Positions 34,761 to 45,621 of a DNA stretch of 52,960 nucleotides are shown piece after piece. This DNA is from Nitrospirota bacterium. GTDB lineage: Bacteria > Nitrospirota > Thermodesulfovibrionia > UBA6902. The stretch lies in contig JBFLVX010000002.1 of the NCBI GenBank assembly GCA_040758255.1, positions 1-52,960 of the forward strand, given 5' to 3'. The position numbers and the translations under genes were made by a program. A model generated the notes under the pieces. It was not told the DNA's origin. It did not search any database and saw only the letters and a list, made by a program, of their open reading frames with translations. Positions within the stretch are counted from its first letter, which is position 1; each line of letters starts with the position of its first letter.

Positions 34761-37700
34761 AAATACTTTTCTTTGACCTTAAGGCCTATGGCCCCTTCAC
34801 CGATAAACCAATCGACCTTTTGCGGGGGGATAAGGGATTCAATATTATATATGGTCCGAATGAAGCAGGAAAAAGCTCTGCCCTAAGAGCAATACGCGCA
34901 CTTTTGTATGGCATTCCCGACCGGACACCGGAAGCCACGTTTATTCACGAGGGTCAAAAGCTCAGGCTTGGCGCGAGGATAAAGCATTCAGATGGAGCTG
35001 AGCTTACATTCCAGCGAAGGAAGGGACGTACAAAGACTTTGCTTGCCGATAACGGCGAGCCACTTGGTGATCAAGAACTCGACAAATTCCTCGGGGGCAT
35101 TGACGAAACGCTTTTCTCGAAGATGTTTGGCATTAATTATAATGATCTTGTACTGGGAGGGAAGGAAATAATTGAAGGTCATGGCAATGTCGGTGAAAGC
35201 ATTTTTGCCGCAGGACTTGGCAAGGGAGGACTTCGCACGGTTCTTTCTGAACTTGAGGACGAGGCTGATGAACTGTTCAATCCACAGGGACGTAAAAAAT
35301 ACATCCATAATATAATCAGTGAGTTTCAGGAAGCAAAAAAGGAAATCCAAAACACCTCTCTTTCAAGCAGGGATTGGGAGACCCACCAGCAAAATCTTAA
35401 GGAAGCCCGGGAGCAAAAAGACGAGACCCTAAGAAGCTTGAAAAGTTTAAATACAGAACTTATTCGTCTAAAGAGGATTAAAGATTCGCTTCCCGTCATC
35501 GGAGAGCTGAAAGAGAACCGCAACAAGCGCTCCCTTATGGGATATGTCTTAATCCTTCCCTCTGAATTTCCTCAAAAACGACGGGAAGCTTTACAAGCGC
35601 TGAATCGAGCCAAGTATGATGCAGAAAAAGCCCAGAATCATATTCATACACACAGGACAGACCTTGACCAGGTTCTAGTGCCAGAACATATCATCGCTAA
35701 GGAAAGCGTTATCAAAGAATTGCAACAACGTCTTGGAATTCACCTTAAGGCAAAGAACGATTTATCAAGCCTTACCGCAAAGAGAGATCAGTTGCTTGCA
35801 GACGCACAGATAATTCTCAGGAATGTAAGGCCTGATTTGACGATTGAGAATGCAGAGTCAATTCGGCTTACTTTAAATATACGGAAACATTTGCAGGATC
35901 TCATATCACGTAACAGCATCTTAAAGGAGAAACAGAACAGTGCTGCAAAATCGCTGAAAAAAATCACAGGAGAAGCGGATCAGATAAAGAGGGACCTTGG
36001 AGAATTAGGCACAAAAAGGGATATGAGGGTGCTTCATGATGCATGTAAAACTGTTCTGAAACATGGAGATATTGAGAAGCAACTCAAGGAAGCAGAGCAG
36101 GAGTATCAGGTCTCGGAAGAGCAGGCTAATATTGAACTCGGGAAACTCACTCTTTGGACAAAAGACCTGATTTCTATTGAGACGCTGGCAGTTCCATCTG
36201 CTGAGACTATAAACAAGTTCGATAGTTTGCTGTCGGAAAGGGAGAGTAAACTCAAGAGCATCAGGGAATCCACAGACGGCATACAGGCGAAAATCAAGGA
36301 GCTGACCACCAATATCGAGTCTCTGAAATTTGCCGGCGAGGTGCCTACGGAAGAGGATCTTATGAATGCGAGAGACCGGCGGCAGACGGGTTGGGCTCTC
36401 GTACGCAAGGCATGGCTTGAAGGGATTTCTGATAATAATGAATGGGATACTTACGCCTCCGGGATGCCTCTTGATGCTGCCTTTGAAAAAAGCGTTGAAG
36501 CAACAGATGAAATATCAGACCGGCTTAGACGCGAGGCAAGCCGTGTTGAGAAGAAAGCCGCATGGCTTGCAACCGTACGGCAGTATCAGGAAGATATCTC
36601 CGGTTACCAGGATGAAGAGAAAAAAATCAGCCGAGAGATAAAGGAAATCTGGAGACAATGGGAAGAAATATGGCTCCCCCTCGGCACAAAGCCTCTTACT
36701 CCTATTGAGATGAGGGCATGGTTGAATAATCAGATAAATATTGTTCAGCTCTCTGCAAAGGTGAGGAGTGCTCGCCTGAAGATGGATCAAATCAAGAAAG
36801 AAATAGAAGATGCCAAAGCCAGACTTCTTTCAGCCTTCAGCAGCATAGGTGAATCAGGATTATCCGAAACTGATACCCTTGGGAAACTTATTGATACTGC
36901 ACAGACAATTCTCACTGCTTCTGATGAGACAGAGAGGAAAAGGGATGTTCTGGAAAAGACTCTACAGAGACTCAAAAAGCAGCTCAAAGATGCATCAGAC
37001 GAGAACGAGGATTCTTCAGCAAGGCTTGCGCAATGGGAAGATGAGTGGAGCAATGCGATAAAGGGACTTGTTTTTCATGGGCCTGTAACGCCATCTACAG
37101 TCAATGCCTTTATTGAAAGGGTGCAGGAGCTTTTCGAGAAGATCGATGAAGCTGCGAAACTCAACGACCGTATTAATGGAATACAGAGAGATGCGGAGCA
37201 GTTCCATATTGATGTCAGCTCAACAGCAGAGGTGTCCGCTCCCGATTTATTGGAAGTTTCGGTAGAACAGGCGGCTGCAAAGCTTGACGAAAGGTGCAAA
37301 GGGGCAAGAGAGAACGAGGTCAGAAGAAAGGAACTCCTTAAGAAGATACGTGAAAAAGAAGATGATCTTCGTGATGCCAACGATACAATAAAAGAGAATA
37401 TAGCTATCCTCGACCACTTGAAGGAGCAGGCAAAGTGTAAATCATACGATGAGATGGAGAAAGTAGAAAGACAATCCAGTGAAGCTTGCGTGCTTGATAT
37501 TGCAATAAGTCAGCTTGAGAAACAATTGCTGCCATATACCGCAGGCGGAACTATAACAGAGCTAATCGAAGAAGCATCAAGGATTAATCCCGATGACCTG
37601 CCATTGAGCATAGAGCAAACAGAAAAAGAGATTGACGAGTTAAACAAACAAATTTCCGCCCTTGATCAGAAGATCGGAGGAGAAGAAAAAGAACTTGAGA

Positions 37701-38260
37701 AAATGGACGGGAACTCACGGGCTGCTGAAGCTGCAGAAAATGCCCAGAGTGTCCTAGCCCAACTGCGGGAAGGGGTAGAGCGTTATGTCCGAATAAAGCT
37801 TGCGGCTGAGATACTCCGGGATGAAATTGAAAGATATAGGTTACAGCACCAGGGTCCGATACTTAAGAGAGCGAGTGAGATTTTTTCAGCGATTACACTT
37901 GGCGCTTTCTCTATGCTTAAAACGGATTATGACAGCAACGACAAGCCAGTTCTTATCGGCGTTAGACCATCCGGCAAAGAGACAGGCGTCGAAGGAATGA
38001 GCGACGGCACAAGCGACCAGCTTTACTTGTCTCTCCGTCTTGCAAGTCTTGAAATGCAGCTTAAATCCGGCGAGCCCTTACCCTTTATCGTAGATGATAT
38101 CCTCGTAAATTTTGATGATGAGCGATCTGCTGCAACCTTAAAAATCCTTGCAGAACTCTCTGGCAAGACGCAAATAATATTCTTTACTCATCACCAGCAC
38201 CTTGTCGATGTTGCAAGGAAAGTTGTGGCGCCTGAAGTACTCTTTATTCATAGTCTTTAG
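34757..38260 (+). CDS. SbcC/Rad50-like AAA ATPase with long coiled coil (YhaN-like)
   Basis: N-terminal Walker A GPNEAGKSS and about 800 aa of coiled coil. The C-terminus has signature-like SDGTSDQLYLSLRLA and Walker B FIVDDILVNFDD. 4-nt overlap with the upstream gene. Confidence 0.8.
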   Translation: MKILFFDLKAYGPFTDKPIDLLRGDKGFNIIYGPNEAGKSSALRAIRALLYGIPDRTPEATFIHEGQKLRLGARIKHSDGAELTFQRRKGRTKTLLADNGEPLGDQELDKFLGGIDETLFSKMFGINYNDLVLGGKEIIEGHGNVGESIFAAGLGKGGLRTVLSELEDEADELFNPQGRKKYIHNIISEFQEAKKEIQNTSLSSRDWETHQQNLKEAREQKDETLRSLKSLNTELIRLKRIKDSLPVIGELKENRNKRSLMGYVLILPSEFPQKRREALQALNRAKYDAEKAQNHIHTHRTDLDQVLVPEHIIAKESVIKELQQRLGIHLKAKNDLSSLTAKRDQLLADAQIILRNVRPDLTIENAESIRLTLNIRKHLQDLISRNSILKEKQNSAAKSLKKITGEADQIKRDLGELGTKRDMRVLHDACKTVLKHGDIEKQLKEAEQEYQVSEEQANIELGKLTLWTKDLISIETLAVPSAETINKFDSLLSERESKLKSIRESTDGIQAKIKELTTNIESLKFAGEVPTEEDLMNARDRRQTGWALVRKAWLEGISDNNEWDTYASGMPLDAAFEKSVEATDEISDRLRREASRVEKKAAWLATVRQYQEDISGYQDEEKKISREIKEIWRQWEEIWLPLGTKPLTPIEMRAWLNNQINIVQLSAKVRSARLKMDQIKKEIEDAKARLLSAFSSIGESGLSETDTLGKLIDTAQTILTASDETERKRDVLEKTLQRLKKQLKDASDENEDSSARLAQWEDEWSNAIKGLVFHGPVTPSTVNAFIERVQELFEKIDEAAKLNDRINGIQRDAEQFHIDVSSTAEVSAPDLLEVSVEQAAAKLDERCKGARENEVRRKELLKKIREKEDDLRDANDTIKENIAILDHLKEQAKCKSYDEMEKVERQSSEACVLDIAISQLEKQLLPYTAGGTITELIEEASRINPDDLPLSIEQTEKEIDELNKQISALDQKIGGEEKELEKMDGNSRAAEAAENAQSVLAQLREGVERYVRIKLAAEILRDEIERYRLQHQGPILKRASEIFSAITLGAFSMLKTDYDSNDKPVLIGVRPSGKETGVEGMSDGTSDQLYLSLRLASLEMQLKSGEPLPFIVDDILVNFDDERSAATLKILAELSGKTQIIFFTHHQHLVDVARKVVAPEVLFIHSL

Positions 38261-38429
38261 CTTTTTTTATATTATGTTTCACGTCTGGGTTAAGCTTTAT
38301 GGAAGAATAGTGTGAGAGCAAACATTTAAAACCTCTTAACAGGGTATGGCTCTTTCTGCAGAAGGCGACACAACAAATTAACCTGACAATTGCCAATGTG
38401 TGCGGAAAAAGGGATTAAAAGACACGGAA

Positions 38430-38455
38430 GAGATTGCGATTGTGGAGGAGAAGGG
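38430..38455 (+). repeat. 26-nt leader repeat, copy 1 (GAGATTGCGATTGTGGAGGAGAAGGG)
   Basis: Lies immediately 5' of ATG 38456. 25/26 nt identical to 39457-39482. Confidence 0.7.
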
Positions 38456-39415
38456 ATGACGATTAGAAACTTATTCGGACATAAATCAGTAGTTAACTCA
38501 TCAATAAGGCTAAAGTTATTCTGCGATGAAAGCGGGTCAAACGACTGGTTATATATAGGCGTTCTGATTGTACCTGAGAAAACAGAGGGTCTTATTTTGC
38601 AGGATTTACTGAATAAACGCTGCGGCAATCCGGAAGGCAATAAAGAGTGGGATAAATGTTCTCTTGAATGTAAGAGGCATAGTCACAATAATACAGAAGT
38701 TCATTATGTAGAAGTTGAGAAGTCGAGAGATAAATATTTTGTAGCCGAACGCTGGCTTGATTATCTGTTATGTGATATAGACAAGATTTATTTCTACGTC
38801 TTAGGCATCGACATGAAAAAGTTGGACATGTCGCAATTTGGAAACAAAGATAAAAGCACGAATATTTACAATAGATTTTTTAGAACTGCCATATTGAAGT
38901 CAGTTAAATCGTATTTTTATAAATATAAATCAGTAATAATTACGAGCATATACCATGATAACAGCACTTCTTTGGAAACTAATGCCTATTTCCCTTGGCA
39001 TTCAATCTTTTCAATAGGCAATAGAGATGACAAAGTATCATTCAAATGCAATGCTGTTGAATTTATAGACTCTGATCACAGGACATCCAATAACGATTAT
39101 TCTCATTTTATTCAGTTGATAGACCTGCTGTTAGGTTGTGTAAATAATTGTCTCGATCACACTTCGACAAATAAGGATAAAGAAGCCATCGCAGAGAAGA
39201 GTCTACCGTTAATCGAGCGGCTTATAGAGAAACCGAACAATAGAAACAGCCGATACAAATATGTTGGTAGACAAAAAATAGATTTTTTCCCGAAGCATAA
39301 CCTGAAAAATGCAGACAAAAATTCGTTAGAATTTCATTACAAACGAATGGACTCTTTTTATACTAAGAGAGTTTTGCAGTTAAAGAACAAGAATCAGTTA
39401 TCCTTGCTGTGTTGA
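38456..39415 (+). CDS. DUF3800-like protein
   Basis: LFCDESG near the N-terminus and IQLIDLLLGCV near the C-terminus resemble the DUF3800 signature. AT-rich sequence. I prefer the start at MTIRNLF, after the GGAGG in the leader repeat. Confidence 0.5.
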   Translation: MTIRNLFGHKSVVNSSIRLKLFCDESGSNDWLYIGVLIVPEKTEGLILQDLLNKRCGNPEGNKEWDKCSLECKRHSHNNTEVHYVEVEKSRDKYFVAERWLDYLLCDIDKIYFYVLGIDMKKLDMSQFGNKDKSTNIYNRFFRTAILKSVKSYFYKYKSVIITSIYHDNSTSLETNAYFPWHSIFSIGNRDDKVSFKCNAVEFIDSDHRTSNNDYSHFIQLIDLLLGCVNNCLDHTSTNKDKEAIAEKSLPLIERLIEKPNNRNSRYKYVGRQKIDFFPKHNLKNADKNSLEFHYKRMDSFYTKRVLQLKNKNQLSLLC

Positions 39416-39456
39416 GACTTAAAGTGAATGCGCATTATCTACCTGGCAGAGGTCGG

Positions 39457-39482
39457 GAGATTGCGATTGTGGAGGGGAAGGG
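39457..39482 (+). repeat. 26-nt leader repeat, copy 2 (GAGATTGCGATTGTGGAGGGGAAGGG)
   Basis: Ends 4 nt before ATG 39487. Confidence 0.7.
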
Positions 39483-39486
39483 GTAA

Positions 39487-40506
39487 ATGAAAACTATAAT
39501 AAGTGCAGAGTACAAAACCTTCTTTAAAGAGATAAAAGAGCGCATACATAAAGCCCAGTATGACGCCTTTAAAGCCGTAAACAAGGAGCTTATAAATCTC
39601 TATTGGGACATTGGTAAGTCAATAGTGGACAAACAAGCTGCGCTTGGCTGGGGCAAAGCAATTGTCGAGACTCTGGCAAAAGACTTACAAAAAGAGTTTT
39701 CGGGAATACAGGGGTTTTCTGCCAGAAACCTTTGGAATATGAGGACATTTTATCTTGCATACAAAGACAATCGAAAACTGCAGCCATTGGTTGCAGAAAT
39801 TAGCTGGACTAAGAACGTCATTATCATGGAGCGATGCAAAGATGACATTAGGCGTGAATTTTACATCAAGACAGCAAAGAAGTTCGGCTGGACAAAAGAT
39901 GTCTTAATTAACCAGCTTGAAGCCGGTGCCTTTGAGCGTTATATGGCAAATCAAACCAACTTTGATAAGGCCGTTCCTGAGAAATACCGCCATCAGGCAA
40001 AGCTGGCGATCAAGGATGAATACTCCTTTGATTTTCTGGAGCTTGGCGAAGAACATTTAGAAAAAGAGCTTGAACTGGGGTTGCTGGAAAATGTGAGGAA
40101 GTTCCTCATAGAGATGGGCGGCTATTTTGCTTTTGTGGGTAATCAGTACCGCTTGGAGATAGACAATCAGGAGTTCTTTATTGATTTACTGCTGTATCAT
40201 CGGCAACTGCGGTGTCTTGTGGCAATAGAATTGAAAGTCGGCGCTTTTAAGCCCGAATATGCAGGGAAGATGCAGTTTTATCTTTCTGCCCTTAACGACA
40301 GGATAAAGCTTCCTGATGAGAATCCTTCCATCGGCATTATCTTATGCAAAGATAAAAGCCGGACAATTGTCGAATATGCGCTCAAGGATACGAAAAAGCC
40401 GATAGGCGTATCAACCTATAAGCTGACGGAAAAGCTGCCTCGTGAACTCAGAAAATACCTGCCATCTCCTGAAGAGATGATAGAAAGAGTAAAGTATCTG
40501 GAATAA
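39487..40506 (+). CDS. YhcG-like PDDEXK nuclease (DUF1016)
   Basis: The N-terminal helical region (NKELINLYWDIGKSI) and the C-terminal nuclease core (IDLLLYHRQLRCLVAIELKVG) are typical of the family. Confidence 0.8.
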   Translation: MKTIISAEYKTFFKEIKERIHKAQYDAFKAVNKELINLYWDIGKSIVDKQAALGWGKAIVETLAKDLQKEFSGIQGFSARNLWNMRTFYLAYKDNRKLQPLVAEISWTKNVIIMERCKDDIRREFYIKTAKKFGWTKDVLINQLEAGAFERYMANQTNFDKAVPEKYRHQAKLAIKDEYSFDFLELGEEHLEKELELGLLENVRKFLIEMGGYFAFVGNQYRLEIDNQEFFIDLLLYHRQLRCLVAIELKVGAFKPEYAGKMQFYLSALNDRIKLPDENPSIGIILCKDKSRTIVEYALKDTKKPIGVSTYKLTEKLPRELRKYLPSPEEMIERVKYLE

Positions 40507-40552
40507 CCATGAATTATCTCCGCCCTCGAAAAACAGATAGAAACAGTGGTTA

Positions 40553-40942
40553 TTAAATCTTCACAAGTTTCCCTGTCGCATCGGCAGCTAATATGCCGTC
40601 AGAAGTCACAGCCTTTGCATAAGCTTCCAGAGTCTTGCGCGTCTCTTTTAGTATCTCAGCCGAGATGGTTATCTTTTCACCCACATTTAACGCCTTTCTA
40701 AGCCGCACATTCATATGAGCGGTAACCGCAGGCATACCAAGCGCAATCGCAAGCTTGACCATAGCCTCATCAAGCAGGGTTGCGACTATGCCACCGTGAA
40801 CGATATTAAAATATCCCTGATGCTCTTTCTGCGGCGTGAATTCCGTCTTTATAGTCTTCCCGTCAAAAACAAAATCCAGTTTAAGGCCGATAGGATTCTT
40901 CGGCCCGCAGACAAAGCAGAATCCGTCATCAATAAGTTCCAT
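40553..40942 (-). CDS. PaaI/hotdog-fold thioesterase
   Basis: CFVCGPKNPIGLKL and HGGIVATLLDEAM motifs. Confidence 0.8.
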   Translation of the reverse strand: MELIDDGFCFVCGPKNPIGLKLDFVFDGKTIKTEFTPQKEHQGYFNIVHGGIVATLLDEAMVKLAIALGMPAVTAHMNVRLRKALNVGEKITISAEILKETRKTLEAYAKAVTSDGILAADATGKLVKI

Positions 40943-41122
40943 CTATTCTATGTTGAACACGGCGACTTCTTTGACTCCGGGGATATACTCTCCGACCGGC
41001 ACAAGCTTCTTCCCCTCGTTTACACAGCCTATGATTATAGTCCATAACTGATTCAGTTCAGTCCTCTCCCTCTCATTTTCAGGGATCATCTTTAAAAGGC
41101 TTCCTTCAAGTTCGATCTTCAT
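40943..41122 (-). CDS. 59-aa hypothetical small protein, below the ORF-track cutoff
   Basis: My translation is MKIELEGSLLKMIPENERERTELNQLWTIIIGCVNEGKKLVPVGEYIPGVKEVAVFNIE*. GGAGG lies 8 nt upstream. The TAG stop abuts the thioesterase ATG. Confidence 0.4.
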   Translation of the reverse strand: MKIELEGSLLKMIPENERERTELNQLWTIIIGCVNEGKKLVPVGEYIPGVKEVAVFNIE

Positions 41123-41253
41123 TTTAAACCTCCGGTATTGATGAATTATGCTGTATGCTTAATATAACAGCTATTCTTTATGACTACAAGCAACTCGCGC
41201 AAAAAAATGGTAATATATGACGGTTTCTTTATTTCCTTTCAAGAAGGGGCACA

Positions 41254-42138
41254 ATGACAAAGAAGGTGAGGAAGGCTGTACTGCCCACTGCGGGGCTTGG
41301 GACGAGGTTTCTGCCCGCGACAAAGGCGTCTCCAAAGGAGATGCTGCCGATAGTTGACAAGCCGATGATACAGTACGCGGTTGAAGAGGCAGAGGCATGC
41401 GGCATCTCAGAGTTTATTATGGTTACCGGCAAGTCCAAAAGGGCTATTGAAGACCATTTTGATTATGCGTGGGAGCTTGAGGAGAATCTGCGGAGCAAGG
41501 GCAAGGATAAGATGCTTGATGAAATCCGGCGGCTGAACCATGTGCAGTTCGCATATATAAGGCAGGGGTTGCCGCTCGGTCTCGGCCACGCTATCCACTG
41601 CTCAAAGGCATTTGTAAATGATGAGCCGTTTGCAGTGCTCCTCAGCGATGATATTATAGACCCTGATGATAAGCTTCTCAAAAATATGATGAAGTTGTAC
41701 GATAAATACGAAGCGACAATACTCGCCCTCCAGAGGGTTCCGAGGGCGGAGATCCATCGTTACGGCATCATAGCCGGCAATGAAGTGGATAAAAACTTAT
41801 TCAGGATAACCGATATGGTGGAGAAGCCTGCGGCATCCGCTGCCCCATCGGATCTTGCGATTATCGGCAGATATATTCTTACCCCTGACATATTCCGGTT
41901 TATTGAGACGACAACCCCGGGAAAAGGGAAGGAGATACAGCTTACAGACGCGCTTAAGGCGCTTTTAAAGAAGAAGCCGGTTTATGGGTTTCTGTTTGAG
42001 GGCAGGAGATACGACGCAGGGGACAAGGTCGGATACCTCAAGGCAACAGTGGAACTCGCCTTGAAGAGCCCGTCCGTTAAAGATGAATTCAGAGAATACC
42101 TCCTGTCAGCAATATTAAAACTTCAGAAGGAGATGTAA
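41254..42138 (+). CDS. galU: UTP-glucose-1-phosphate uridylyltransferase
   Basis: [31 protein letters not shown] at the N-terminus. Confidence 0.9.
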   Translation: MTKKVRKAVLPTAGLGTRFLPATKASPKEMLPIVDKPMIQYAVEEAEACGISEFIMVTGKSKRAIEDHFDYAWELEENLRSKGKDKMLDEIRRLNHVQFAYIRQGLPLGLGHAIHCSKAFVNDEPFAVLLSDDIIDPDDKLLKNMMKLYDKYEATILALQRVPRAEIHRYGIIAGNEVDKNLFRITDMVEKPAASAAPSDLAIIGRYILTPDIFRFIETTTPGKGKEIQLTDALKALLKKKPVYGFLFEGRRYDAGDKVGYLKATVELALKSPSVKDEFREYLLSAILKLQKEM

Positions 42139-44507
42139 TGGCAAAAATAGATTTGACAGAAGAGCGCGAAGTAGATATCCCGGCTGCTTTGCCGATTCTT
42201 CCCATAAGAGATATCGTAATATTCCCTTACATGATCATACCTCTTTTTGTAGGAAGGGACATCTCGATCAAGGCGATTGACGAGGCCATGTCAGGCAATA
42301 AGATGGTCCTCTTTGTCACGCAAAAAGATGTAAATATTGAAACGCCCTCAACAGAAGACCTCTTCAAAGTAGGCACTGTCGGGAATATCCTCAGGATGCT
42401 GAAGCTCCCTGACGGAAGGTTCAAGGTGCTGGTGCAGGGACTTGCAAAGGCAAGAATCCTGAATTATACGCAGACAGAGCCTTATTACATAGGAGAGATA
42501 GAAAAGATCGTTGACCAGCCTACGCCTGAGATAACTGTTGAGGTTGAGGCGCTTATGCGCAATGTGAGGGACCTCATGGATAAATCCGTGGGATTAGGCA
42601 AATCCTTCCTGCCCGACATACTCATTCTTATTGAAAACATAGAAGAGCCCGGAAGGCTTGCAGACCTTGTTGCATCAAACCTCGGCTTAAAGTCCGACCA
42701 GGCACAGGAGCTTCTTGAGATAACAGATCCGGTTGCAAGATTAAAGAAGATAGGGGAACTGCTTAACAGAGAAGTTGAACTCCTTACTGTGCAGCAAAAG
42801 ATCCAGTCCGATGTCAAAGGCGAGATAGACAAGACCCAGCGCGAATACTTTCTCAGGGAACAGATGAAGGCTATCCAGAAGGAGCTTGGTGAAATTGACG
42901 AGAGAACAGAGGAGATACTCGATCTGAGCAAGAAAGTAGAAGAAGCGAAGATGCCGGAGAAGGTGGGGAAAGAGGCCATGAAGCAGGTGCACCGGCTTGA
43001 AAAGATGCACCCTGACAGCGCAGAAGCCGGCACAATAAGAACTTATGTTGACTGGCTTATTGAGATTCCATGGTCAAAAGCAACAAAAGATAACCTCGAC
43101 CTGAAGAAGGCCAAGAAGGTGCTTGATGAAGACCACTATGACCTTGAACAGGTAAAAGAGCGTATCCTTGAGTACTTAGGCGTAAGAAAACTTAAGGCAA
43201 AGATGAAAGGGCCTATCCTCTGCTTTGTCGGCCCTCCCGGAGTCGGAAAAACATCCCTTGGCAAATCCATTGCCAGGGCGCTTGGCAGGGAGTTCTTCAG
43301 AATGTCCCTTGGAGGAGTGAGAGACGAGGCTGAGATAAGGGGGCATAGAAGGACCTATGTTGGAGCCATGCCCGGCAGGATAATACAGGGGATAAAGACA
43401 GCAGGTAAGAACAATCCTGTCTTTATGTTAGACGAGGTAGACAAGTTAGGCATGGACTTCAGGGGCGACCCGGCATCAGCGCTGCTGGAGGTTTTAGACC
43501 CTGAGCAGAACTTTGCCTTTGCAGACCATTATCTCGGCGTGCCTTTTGACCTGAGCAACGTAATGTTCATAACAACGGCAAATCTTATTGACCCTATCCC
43601 TTCTCCGTTAAGGGACAGAATGGAGATAATAACCCTCTCAGGATACACCTCAGAGGAGAAACTCGGCATAGCAAAAAATTATCTCATCTCAAAACAGCTT
43701 GAGGAGCACGGCATCACTGAAAAAAATCTGAAGATACATGACAGCGCAGTGCTGCAGATAATCAGCCACTACACAAGAGAGGCCGGCGTCAGAAACCTTG
43801 AGCGTCAGATAGCAAACCTCTGCAGGAAGGTGGCAAAAAAGATCGCCGAGGGCAAGGTCAAAGATTATCGCATCTCAGCATCTAACCTCTCAAAACATCT
43901 CGGGGTTCCCAAGTTCCTGCCTGAGGAGGAGATGGAGAAGGACGAGGTCGGAGTTGCAACCGGGCTTGCATGGACAGAGACCGGCGGAGACATAATATAT
44001 ATAGAAGCAACCATAATGAAGGGCAAGGGGCACATAACTCTTACAGGACAGCTTGGGGATGTTATGAAGGAGTCGGCACATGCGGCTTTGAGCTACATCC
44101 GCTCAAAGGCCAAAGAGATCGGGATAGATAACACGCTATTCGCGAAAAATGACATACATATTCATGTTCCTGCCGGAGCAACCCCTAAAGACGGGCCTTC
44201 AGCCGGTATAACAATGGCAACTTCGATCGCCTCAGCCTTCACAGGAAGGCCGGTGAGCAAGAGCACGGCAATGACAGGCGAGGTAACGCTGAGAGGAAGG
44301 GTTCTCCCTATCGGCGGGCTTAAGGAGAAGACCCTTGCGGCAAAGAGGATGGGGATACATAAAATCCTGATTCCCGCAAGAAATAAGAAAGATCTTGACG
44401 ATATTCCAAAGTATGTAAAGAAAGATATGGAATTCATACTTGTGGAGACAATGGATGAGGTCTTAAAGAAGGCCCTGAAAAATCCTAAGAGCAAAAAACG
44501 CCGCTAA
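42138..44507 (+). CDS. lon: ATP-dependent Lon protease
   Basis: Lon N-terminal domain, Walker [10 protein letters not shown], and the catalytic serine motif PKDGPSAG. Confidence 0.95.
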   Translation: MAKIDLTEEREVDIPAALPILPIRDIVIFPYMIIPLFVGRDISIKAIDEAMSGNKMVLFVTQKDVNIETPSTEDLFKVGTVGNILRMLKLPDGRFKVLVQGLAKARILNYTQTEPYYIGEIEKIVDQPTPEITVEVEALMRNVRDLMDKSVGLGKSFLPDILILIENIEEPGRLADLVASNLGLKSDQAQELLEITDPVARLKKIGELLNREVELLTVQQKIQSDVKGEIDKTQREYFLREQMKAIQKELGEIDERTEEILDLSKKVEEAKMPEKVGKEAMKQVHRLEKMHPDSAEAGTIRTYVDWLIEIPWSKATKDNLDLKKAKKVLDEDHYDLEQVKERILEYLGVRKLKAKMKGPILCFVGPPGVGKTSLGKSIARALGREFFRMSLGGVRDEAEIRGHRRTYVGAMPGRIIQGIKTAGKNNPVFMLDEVDKLGMDFRGDPASALLEVLDPEQNFAFADHYLGVPFDLSNVMFITTANLIDPIPSPLRDRMEIITLSGYTSEEKLGIAKNYLISKQLEEHGITEKNLKIHDSAVLQIISHYTREAGVRNLERQIANLCRKVAKKIAEGKVKDYRISASNLSKHLGVPKFLPEEEMEKDEVGVATGLAWTETGGDIIYIEATIMKGKGHITLTGQLGDVMKESAHAALSYIRSKAKEIGIDNTLFAKNDIHIHVPAGATPKDGPSAGITMATSIASAFTGRPVSKSTAMTGEVTLRGRVLPIGGLKEKTLAAKRMGIHKILIPARNKKDLDDIPKYVKKDMEFILVETMDEVLKKALKNPKSKKRR

Positions 44508-44647
44508 GCCTCTCAATTCAGGTGAATAGTCTGTAGGTGTTTAGATAGATAGGGCAGTCCTAACAGGCTACAGTCTGAACAACCTGTTGTTATGTCTGTC
44601 TTTATCTGTGAAATCTGTGGATATAACTGCCGTTTTGAGGTTTAATT

Positions 44648-45595
44648 ATGCGCCTTTCAGAAATAGGCGAGTTCGGGCTTATTAATAACCTTAAGGATCT
44701 CTGCAAAATCAAGAAACGGGATCTTGTTGCCAGCATCGGTGATGATGCAGCCGTTGTAAAATCACGGGCAAAAACTTTCCTCTTAACCTCTGATATGCTC
44801 CTTGAAGGGGTGCATTTTGACCTTTCATTCACAACATTCTATCAGCTTGGATATAAAACGCTTGCTGTCAATATCAGCGATATATTTGCAATGGGAGGAA
44901 TGCCGAAATACTTTCTGCTGAACCTTGGCGTTCCTCAAACATGCACTCTTCAGGATATTAAGGAGATATACCGGGGCTTAAACGCAATTGCCAAAAAGTT
45001 CAGCATAGCGATTGTTGGCGGGGACACATGCGCTTCAAAGAAAGGTCTGGTGTTAAGCGGGACATTGATCGGGGAGACGGGTGATGCGATAATGCGAAAA
45101 GGGGCGAGACCCGGAGACAGCATCTTTGTGACAGGCCCTCTCGGAGATTCAGCAATGGGGCTTGAACTTTTAAAGAAAATGAGAACTAAGAAATCAGAAA
45201 TAGGAACTTCACTTATTAAGCGTCACTTAATGCCGGAACCTGTGCCTTTAAAGAGAACCGCAGGGGTGACGTCAATGATAGATATAAGCGACGGGCTCCT
45301 GATAGATCTAAGCCATATATGCGATGAAAGCAATGTTGGAGCTGTGATTTACAAAGAGATGATACCAGTCTCAAAAGAGCTCATCAATGCCGCTAAAAAG
45401 CTCCGGAAAGATCCTCTTGAATATGCGCTTAAAGGCGGCGAGGATTATCTTCTCCTCTTTACTTCACCGGATAAGAGCAGAAGAGATGCCGTAAAGATCG
45501 GCGATATAATCAGCAAAGGGCGGTATCTTGTTGATTCAGAAGGTAGAAGAGAGCGTTTTAAAGCGGAAGGATATGAACATTTTAAAAACAAGTAG
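44648..45595 (+). CDS. thiL: thiamine-monophosphate kinase
   Basis: IGEFGLI...GDDAAV and the overall AIR-synthase-like layout. Confidence 0.85.
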   Translation: MRLSEIGEFGLINNLKDLCKIKKRDLVASIGDDAAVVKSRAKTFLLTSDMLLEGVHFDLSFTTFYQLGYKTLAVNISDIFAMGGMPKYFLLNLGVPQTCTLQDIKEIYRGLNAIAKKFSIAIVGGDTCASKKGLVLSGTLIGETGDAIMRKGARPGDSIFVTGPLGDSAMGLELLKKMRTKKSEIGTSLIKRHLMPEPVPLKRTAGVTSMIDISDGLLIDLSHICDESNVGAVIYKEMIPVSKELINAAKKLRKDPLEYALKGGEDYLLLFTSPDKSRRDAVKIGDIISKGRYLVDSEGRRERFKAEGYEHFKNK

Positions 45596-45621
45596 ATGTC
45601 TTGTTGCTATCTTAAAAAATT

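Noticed and set aside
38326-38640. Minus-strand ORF and the 22-codon N-terminal extension (38390-38455) of the DUF3800-like ORF
   Set aside because: The minus-strand ORF overlaps the better-supported plus-strand gene. The extension reads through the 26-nt leader repeat (RDCDCGGEG), which recurs untranslated before the next gene.
42485-43033. 182-aa minus-strand ORF inside lon, plus other antisense ORFs in lon, the SbcC-like gene, mutL and rny (for example 51723-52310, 52483-52938)
   Set aside because: They are Ser/Leu-rich shadows opposite strongly supported genes.
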